Position numbers and translations under genes: made by a program. Shown piece after piece: positions 13,408-23,088 of a stretch of DNA of 64,000 nt. Origin of the DNA: Euglena gracilis (Eukaryota); NCBI GenBank assembly GCA_039621445.1, contig CP154954.1, positions 21,588,954-21,652,953 of the forward strand, written 5' to 3'. How positions within the stretch are numbered: the first letter of the stretch is position 1; each line of letters starts with the position of its first letter. Below the pieces are notes generated by a model. That model ran no database searches. It was given only the letters and a program-made list of their open reading frames with translations, and had not been told where the DNA came from.

Positions 13408-16400
13408 TGTATGTGTATGTATGTATGTATGTATGTATGTATGTATGTATGTATGTATGTATGTATGTATGTATGTATGTATGCATGTATGCATGCATGC
13501 ATGCATGCATGCATGCATGCATGCATGCATGTATGTATGTATGTATGTATGTATGTATGTATGTATGTATGTATGTATGTATGTATGTATGTATGTATGT
13601 ATGTATGTATGTATGTATGTATGTATGTATGTATGTATGTATGTATGTGTATGTATGTATGTATGTATGTATGTATGTATGTATGTATGTATGTATGTAT
13701 GTATGTATGTATGTATGTATGTATGTATGTATGTATGTATGTATGTATGTATGTATGCATGTGTTGTTTGTTTGTATGTATGTGTTGTTTGTATGTATGT
13801 ACGTATGGGGGATTCTCACGAGGGGGGGCTCGACCCCTACCCGCATCCTGGTGAGGAGGGATGGGTAAGAATGCTGGAGGTTTATGGAAATTGGATGGCC
13901 AGGCGGGGTGTGTGGGGGCCGCTGGCTGACGGGGACGCCCACGCGGACGAAGGAGAAGCCGCCGTGGGCCGGGGCGGGCCGCAGCGCGGAGGAGGGGCTG
14001 GCGGGGGACGGCGTGCTGGACGACGCGGTGGTGGGGCTCTTCGACGGGCACGGGGCGTCTGGGGGGGCCCCGCCAAAGCCCCCCCCTCTGGAGGCTGCAG
14101 CCATAGCGGGACTGCAGAACGAGGCACGCATCCCTGGTCTCTTGTTTTGCGCTCCATGCGGCCCGGTGTGTGCAGCCCGGGCCCCGAGGCCTGTTTGGCG
14201 GTTTCTCTCCATTCATGCGCACAGTCCGCTCCAACCGACTGTGAAATTACTTGAATGGGGGTTTTCCTCGGTTAGGCATTCCCCGGCCCCTCCACCTGGG
14301 ACGGAAGTCGCCGCCTACGCTCGGGACACGATGCTCCACAACCTCGTGACCAGGGTTTGATATAAGGAGGGCGTACATGGTTTAGGTGGGGGTTGTCCCC
14401 CCCCCTCCTGGCCCGCAGGGGGGGTCCGGACCCCCCCCCCCCCACCTGCCAGGGGGGTCCGGACCGACCCTCGGGGGAGGGGTTCCCGGGACCCCCCCCA
14501 AAAGGGTCAATTTTTTCCTCTGGCACTTCGCTCCGAATTTTTTTTTTGCATTTTTGGCACATTTTTGCCCGAAAAAGTGCCCAAAATGGCACTTTTGGTC
14601 GTTTTGGGGGGTCGAAAATTTTCGGTCACCCAGACCGCGCCACTGTTTAGGTGGGGGGTGTGTCCGCTCCCCCCCCCCCCCTCCTGGCCCGCAGGGGTCC
14701 GGACCCCCCCCCCACCTGTCCTTACATCGAACCCTGCTCGTGACCTCCGGCTGCTACCCACCCATGGCCACTGCCAACACCCTTTCGTTGGGGAGTCCTT
14801 TTTGCCATTGTTTATTTAGAACGATAATCTCAAAGCACACGCTGCGTTGTGTTGTTGTTAACTCAGTTGACAGAAACACGGTGTGTATTTTTTGTGGCTT
14901 CATCAGCGCCCCGCCAGTCCTGGAAAGCGAGAAATGGCCTCATCCAGCCCTGGGTGTTTTCTGACTCCTTTCTGACTGGGAGGTAGTGGTCCTCCCTGGT
15001 GAAGGACAGTTTGTCAGGAGCCCCTGCCATGCCATGCCAGGCCGTGCCTCCGATGGACCTGCAGGCCGCCCTGATCGACGCCTTCCGCGTGACGGACAAG
15101 CGGATCCGGGAGTGGGGCCAGGCTGTTGTTCAGGCAGTGTTCCCGTGTGTGATGGGAAAGTCCATATGCAGCTCATCCTGTGCCTTTGCACCTACAAAGC
15201 CATGCATGTCTCTGTCCTCGTATTTTTGGTCTTCTCTTCTCTTCTCTTCTGTTCTCTTCTGCTTCTTTTTTCTGATCTCGTTATTTTTAAAAGAATTCTC
15301 TTGGTCTTGAATCATTTTCTTCTGTCTATGTCTTTTGATCTGCTGGTTTGTTGATTTGTGCTTGATTTTTTTTGTTTCTTGTTTGTGTCTTGTGTTTTGT
15401 TGTCATCGACATATTGGCATGTGCGACATGTTTTTCTTGGTGTGTGTGAAAACAAACACTTCAGCGTGTGAGGGTGTATTTCTATTTTATTTGTATTTCT
15501 ATTTCTATTTTACGCACCCCACCACACCCCAATGCCCCCGGCTACACTCAATGATCCCCCCCCTGCTGTAGGGCCAACCCCAACGCTGCCAACGGTGCCT
15601 CGTTGCACTGGGCCCCTCCCCGACCGGCCGGTGCTGAACGGCGGCCTCGCCGGGTCTCGCTCAACAACGAGCCGGCCCGGGTCGGCACCACCGCCCTGGT
15701 GGCCGTGCTGCGCCGGGGCACGCTGTGGGTCGCCAACGCCGGGGACTCCCGGGCGCTGCTGAGGGGGCCGGGCCCGGCGACAGCGTGGGCGGGGGGGAGG
15801 GGGCTGCGGCCCGCACCTGTGCGGTGCTGTGGGGGGGGGGGGTGAGGTTTGGCACACTTGTGCACCACGCCAGGGTTCGGCATACGGGGGTTTCACGGCT
15901 TCATTTGGGAGGCTTCCTACCCTCCTGGACCGGGCACCTACTGCATTTTTTTTCTCATCACAGCTTCCTCCATCACAGCCCCCCAGCCTTGATCTAGCTC
16001 CATCCACCAAAATGTCGAGAAGGCAAAAATGTGTTAGAAATTTTTGTTTTTTTCATCGACCCAGCCCAGCACAGCCCCCTCCCCTCCAGCCCTGGACCCC
16101 CTCCGGGGGGTCTGGAACCCCGGGGGGGGGGGTCCGGATTCACTCCGGGGGGCCAACCTGGTCCCCCAATAAGGTCAAGTTTTTTTTTTCTTTCCGGTGC
16201 TCTGCGCCGAAAATTTTTGGTCATTTCGACAAAGGTTTGCCAAAAAATTCCAAGATGTCATTTCGGATCTGTTTGGAAACGTTTTTGTCCCGGAGCTTAG
16301 CCCCTGTTTAGATGGGGGTTCCCCTCCTTGAGCAGGGGTCCAACCTCCACCTGCTCAGAAGTTTGTTTCAGCCAAGTTGGTGAATAGGCAGGGTGTTTGG

Positions 16401-19400
16401 CCAGGCCTACTCCCAAGAAGCGCAGGTTGGTGAGTACAGGCACCGAGGCCAACCTCCCAAGTGGGTAGGGCATTCCGGAGGGGGGGGGGGCAGGGCAACC
16501 TGAATCCGGGGGTTCGGTTTGGTGTCAACTGTGTTCGGGACCTCGAAGACATGCTGCATTTGGGTGCCACACGTCCTTGATGCTCCAGCGGCCACCTGTT
16601 TGCGGCCGCTCCCATCCATAGCCAGCTCTACTAAGGTAATCAATTTCCGCTTTGGGAAACTGTGAACTTTTCAGCAAGCTTCTGGGGGAGGGGAAAATGC
16701 GTGGTGCTGTCTGTGGGGTTGACGGAGAGGGGTCACTCGGATCGTTTCCGGGATGCAGCTCAGGTGCAGGGTTCTGGGGGGGAGTTAGGCAGGCCTTGGG
16801 GCTTGCCAGGCCGGGCCCCGGGCCGGTGCACCAGGACTTCACGACGACCCGCCTCGCGGACCTCCACACCCCGACCAACGAGGCGGAGCGGCACCTCGTC
16901 CAGAAGCGGGGCGGCACGGTGACGTTCCGCGAGGGGGCGTGGCGGGTCAACGGCGAGCTGCTGGTGACCCGCCTCCTCGGTGTGCCCCACTGCCATCCGG
17001 GGTTTGTGCCGCCCCCCCTCCCCATGCCCTCCCCTCCCAGATGACTGTCCTCCACAATGTACCCAAACTGTCTCCTGCCTCCATTCTCACCCACTCAGCT
17101 GTCTTCTACCCCTGGCATAATGTCTTGGTCTGATGCGAAAGGTTTTTGTCTAATCTCGGTGATGCAGTTTCCCAATTTAGAACCCCTTTTCCTGGGGGGG
17201 TGCTGCTGGGAGGTTGGTTCGCGAGAGGTTGGGCCACCGTCGGTCGCAGCCCAACCGGGGTCCAACCAATCTGCCAACGTCCGTGGTGGGGAGGATTGGC
17301 AATGGATGCATGAATGAACAAAAGTCGTTTGGAAAAAATTGGCGGAACAAAATCCTGACAAATCTTTTTCTACCATTTTGGCCTAGACTACCCAATTTTT
17401 CCACATGTTTTTCAGAAATTTTTGAAAATTACACCCTATTTTTCAAACATCACTTTCATGTCTTTCAATTGTCAATCATATCAAGAGATTTGCTCAGGTG
17501 GTTTGATTTTCAGTTGTTCGTAATTATCCTTCCTTGCTCAGCGATTTGAATCATGTTGTGAGGTTTCCAATGTGTGGTGTCACATGAAATACACTTTCCT
17601 GTGTAATTTTTTTGGTAGGGGGGGAAGTCTGCCAATTTTTTCCGCACGTTTGTTTTGCACGACATCTTTCCAATACATTTTCCCACAATTTTGGCCGAGA
17701 CCACCACTTGCTTTCGCCTGCAAATTTTTCCATCCAGTTTATTTCGTCAGCACCAACCGTGGTATGCCTTGGGGATCGCTGAGCAATGATACCCTGAGGC
17801 TTACCCTGGAGGGAAGGGGGGGGGGCAGGGTTTTTTTTTTTAGCCTTGGACCCCCTGGGGGGGGGAAGGGGGGTAGGGTGGGTGGGTCTGGCAGAGCCCC
17901 CGGGGTCCCCCCGGGGTCTCCCCCAGGGGATATGCTTTTCAGCGCCAAAGGCGCCTAAAATTTTTGAAAAAGGTGCTATTTTTAGCATTTTTCGCGATTT
18001 TGGCCATTTTCAGGGGAAAGTGAGTGGGTCCCCCGGGAACCCCCCCCCCGGGGGGGGGGCCCCAGGGGTGGGTGGGGGTGGACCCCCCTCCCCCTGGTCT
18101 TAAAAAAAAACCCCTGGGGGGTCCCAAGCACCCTGACATTTTCCTCGGGCAGTGTTCACACTTCAGGTTAAGTGCATTAACTAACTGCATTATAATTAAT
18201 TATAAGTAAAAATATTATGTATATTTTATAGTTTTTATAATATAAAAAGTATAATATATATTGCATATACAGTATTACATATAATATATAATATGCATAT
18301 TATATTACACAGTATATATATACGTATATTAATCATAATTACATTGTATCAGGCAACCATTGGGTTTTCGCCCTCCAAGTTCCTAGTCGCGGCCAACCTC
18401 CGCCCCTGGCGGGTGGTCACCTGCCATCCCCACGTCACCAGCCACAAAATCGACCCCTCCAGACCAGGGATGGAACGGAGTGCATGCCTCCTGAGCTGTA
18501 CCAGCCAAATGAGAGGGGGCATCCAAGTTTGATTCCAGATTTTTCCAAGACCTTTGAATGAAACAGAACTTTGTTGTTGGTATAACAGAACTTTGTTATT
18601 GATAAACGATGGATTTGTTATTGATGTAACAAACGCAGTTTGAATAATTTCAGACCTCTCTTTTTTTGGGAATAACTCTGCAACCCACACACGTGCAGTT
18701 TTGTTTTGCCTTGTCCAGTCGCTGCATACCAACCCCCCCCCCCCCCCGGGAAACTGTCATGCCCGAGAACCTGTCAAGGTCCTGGTACTGGCCAACCTGT
18801 CAGGTGACAGTTTCCCGGGGGGGGGGGGGTGGGGCACCCGCTGTGCCTGTGGGTTGGGCCAGCCCTGCGGCCGGGACTGCTGTGTGCTGCTGGCGGCGGG
18901 CCTCTGGAGTGTGATGACGGAGGCGGACGTGGCGGAGTTCCTGGCGGCCGCCTTCCAGGAGGTGCAGGCGTCGCTGCGGGACCTGCAGCAGCCGAGCCTG
19001 ACCGTGGAGGCTGTCCTGCGGCGCCGCCAGTCCGTCCTGTACCCGGCGTCCCGCCCACTGCTCGGCCTTTTTTCGGCGTCACGTGGCCACATGTGGGCAC
19101 GTGACGTGTAGCCACATGGCCTTATCCCATGGCTACGTGGCTCGTACCTACGCCATGTTATTGGCGTGGCTACGCGCCATGCTAGCCACTCTCTGCGTAG
19201 GCTTGGGCTGGACCAGCCTCACAACCGGCCAGGGTGCCAGTGGGCCACGGGAGTTGCCAGGCCAGGATGCCAACGTTTTTGATTTGTGACAGCAAAAGCG
19301 GTCAACGTCTTGGTCACAGAGAGCCCCGGCGTGGGCTTCCGCGAGCCCCACAGCCCGGCGGTGCCCCGGACTGATGTGCGACGCCCGCACCCCGCCGCTC

Positions 19401-22400
19401 GACCTCGGCCAGCGGCCCCGCACCTGCCCCCCGGGGGCCACCCTGCCCCGAGGGCTGCAGGCGGTTGAGCCCTGATGGATGGGCGGCCCCCGGGCCAGGG
19501 GGGGAACTATTTTCGCCGGTGTGTGCAGCATGGCCTCCCGGACGGCCACAGCATTTAGGGTGGGCTCCTCACCAAGCGGTTTCCTTTTCTTTCCGGCCGC
19601 CATCAGCGACCTCTCCCCCCCCCCGACCACACCATATTGAAGGAAATGGCGATGGGGGATGTGGCTGGGATGGCGTTCCGTCCTCACACAAAGTCATTGA
19701 GATTGGCGCAGCTTGTCAAAACTACCCCCATGTCAAGTCCGCTGCCATGTCGTGGTGTGATTTGAAAATGTGCATTTGTCGAAAATCACATATTCTGCAT
19801 GATGGTTCTTCGGTCTGAATTATTCAAAAGCAGAAAGTCCCAGCCGGAATGAGCAGCACGATGTGGAATGTCCCAAATCGCTGCTGATTGAAGCATGATA
19901 TTATGAAAGTTGGCTCTCAAAATATGGCAGTGAGCATTCTTTGTGACATCACAAGCATGCCATAATTGTTCATTTGCATCAAGACGCACAAAACAGCATG
20001 TACCAGGTTTTTTTTTGAAGGCAGGAAATGGGATAAAAAGAAATAAAGTTTTCGATCTCCAGGTGGTTGGGTTTTGGGGTGGTTCGTATCCCCCTCTGAC
20101 TGTTTCTTTTTTTATATTAATTCTCAAAGATAACCGTTTGCAGTCAAACGGTACAGGCAATTAGGTCTACTGATGCCAACTATCAAGGGCAATTGATTGG
20201 TGGGGGGCGGGCATGTAGGTGAAGCCAATGTTGCCCTGTGAGCTGGACCTGGATGTTCTGTCCCCTGGAAGCCGCTCTGAACTCTGTTTGACAGCCCCCC
20301 CCCCCTGTGTGCACTGTGGCTGTTTGCCCCCCCCCCCCGGGGGACAGGGGCTCTGCCGTTGTTCGGCCGCCGTCCCTTCGTCCCCCTCCCCCCGCCCCCC
20401 CCCCCCGGCCGCCCTCCGGCCCCAACGCTGCCGCCGCAGTGCCCGCCCATGCCGGACCCCCCGGCGTGCCCGGCGCCCCCCGACGCCCCCATGCAGCGCG
20501 TGCGGTCCGACTCCCTCCACGGCCGGCCAGCGGGGCTCTTCCCCAAGGGTCCCCCTCCTGCCCTTCGGCTCTGCTGCCCTGGCCCTCGAGGCCAAATTAG
20601 TTCCTCACTCTCCTAGTCAGGGGGGGGGGCGTTCCAACTTGCACCTCCCCAGTTAGCACCTCCCTGCTGGGCTGCGGACCTCCCCCTGGAGGGGGGGGTC
20701 AGTAGAAATACAGTTGGGCCTGGCTTCGCTGGCTTCGCCTGGGCTGGACTGATAAAGTCTCGTCGCAACTTTGAAAGTTGAAAATGGGCTAAAATGGCCA
20801 AAGTGGCATTTTTTGAAGGTTTTTGAGGTTTTAAAATTTTGGTCCACAAATCCTAACCCAGCTGGAGTCATGCTTTTACTCCCGTTTTTGGGTTCTGGGC
20901 AGGTGACCCCAACACCCGTCTCCCCCCCCCCTTTTCTAGCCATGGGACCCTGCAGGGGTTATTTTTCGCAGATTTCGCAATTTTCTGCAAATTCCGCCAT
21001 TTTCAGCAAATTTTTACAATTTTTCCAAAATTTAATTTTTCTTTTCCTCCTTTGATTCCCTCCTTTCATCCGGCCATTCCTTGAATGTTTCATGTTCCAA
21101 CCCAGGTGCCTTTTTTGTCACTTGGTTGCAAGTTTTCCAAAGTTTGCAAATTTTGGCATTTAGTTTTTAGCATTTTTAAGGTTTTTTTTTAAATTTCTGC
21201 CCAGAAATAATTTCGACTTGACAAATTCCACATAGACATATTCCACATTCTGACCTGAACTTTTCGTCAACTTCTTTTTTTTCCTTTTTGGGGTTTTTCA
21301 GCCAACGAATGCTGTGACGTGGTAAAAAATCATGTGTGTTTTCTGGGGGGGGGTGAGAAAGCAAAGCTTACACTAATGTTGCAAAATGAAAAAAGCCAGA
21401 GGAGGAGGCGAAAGCCCCTCCAGCAGAAATGTGGAACACTCCCAATATCAATTTTTCTTGTTTTCCCCCCAAATTTCCACAAATTTTCCACAATTTCAAA
21501 AGAAATTTTGGACTGCCCCCCTTCTTGAATTGTTGCGACAGCCTTTGGAACAACTGCCTTCTAAAACCGGACCCCCTGGGGGGATCCAGTCACCACTCCC
21601 CCCCCCCCCGGCAGCAACTCAGCAGAGTTCCCACAAAATCTTTCGCATCACCATTCATAAGTGTTGATTTTTATTTTCCTGATCCCACACATTTTGCCAA
21701 TGTGTTATCCCAAGCAGCCATGTGTGTATGGCAGTACGCTCATGGGGTTTCTGATTGCCGTTCAGCCCCCAGGGCGGGCAGGGGTTGGTGAGCTGGGGGG
21801 GGGGGCAGAATGGTGTTCATAATTGGGGGGGCACTGGCACTGAGACAACTTCCCTCAATGGAGGCCAGAGGGGGGGGGCTGAATCACCAACAGGGGTTTT
21901 TTTTTGTCTTAGATCCCCAGGGGGGGGGGTGGTTGGGTCCGGCTGAGCCCCCTCCCCCGGGGGAGGTTCCCCCAGGGGGATACTTTTTGGCGCCGTGCTA
22001 TTTTTAGCATTTTTCGCGATTTTTTGGCCATTTTTGGGAAAAGAGACCCCAGGACCCCACCAGGACCCCCCCAGCGGGTTGGTGGGGGGGGACCCTCCGG
22101 TCTTAAAAAAAAACCTTGTACACCAACTCTGCAAGGTGATGTGAAAGGAGAGCAGTCAGAAGAGGACTGGTGCGATATGCCAGAGCCTCAACGGAAAAAA
22201 AATCCACATTGCACATTTGACCCCAGGGATAGATGGGAAGCCCTTTGGTTTTGAGGTAGGTGGCAGGGGGGGGTCCGGAGCCCCCCCCCTGGGGACTAAG
22301 GTGGTGGGTGGATCCGACCCCCCCCCCCAGATGTTGGGAGGGTCCGGACCCCCCCCTCGGCAGGTTGCAAAAGTAGCAAAGTTTTTTCTTCTGGCGCTAC

Positions 22401-23014
22401 TCACCGAAAAAGGAGCAACAAATGCCCCTTTCCCTCATTTTTGAGCAGTTGCACATTTTTTTTGACATTTTGGTGTTTTCCACACAAAAAGTGTTCAAAA
22501 AATTCAAAAATGTGTATTTTTTGGATTTATTTTCCACGAAGGATCAGGGGTTTTTGACTTCTTTTGGCCTTGTATCCGGACTTTGCGACCGGTTCGCAAA
22601 ACCAAATTTTCCCAGCCTCCTTCAGTTTCGAGGGAGGATGGGGGGGTCCGGACCCTCCCCCCCCCCTCAAGGCTTCCCATTCCTGTTTGACCCCCCCTCC
22701 CCCTGCAAAAGGGTCTGCTTTTCACAACCCCTGTGCATTGTTTGTCATTTGGTTCGCAAGCAAGTGCTTTCAAAAGCCCCCCCACGGGGGGGTTCAACCG
22801 GCTGGCTGGGCCACAGGCCAGAGAGAAGGTACCAGCGGGAGCCTGGTGGATGTCACACGGGTCTCACAGGACCTTCCAGACCCGTGTGAGGTCACACAGG
22901 TCTGGAAGGTCTGGAAGGTCCCGTGTGACCCGTGTGACTTTCCAGACACCCAAAGGTTTTGACCCCACCCCCAGACCTTCCCGTGCAGGCCCCTACGTCC
23001 GACCAGGGCCGACC

Positions 23015-23088
<74 letters not shown>

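Noticed and set aside
12298-14254. Long ORFs (390-609 aa) of HTYI/MYVC repeats
   Set aside because: Translations of tetranucleotide microsatellite.
16980-18386. Exact exon structure after TRLLG
   Set aside because: Several junction models fit and cannot be separated without cDNA, so no claim is made about the GD-motif Asp.
23015-23086. Poly-Pro/Gly ORFs
   Set aside because: Poly-C homopolymer whose length may be a sequencing artefact.
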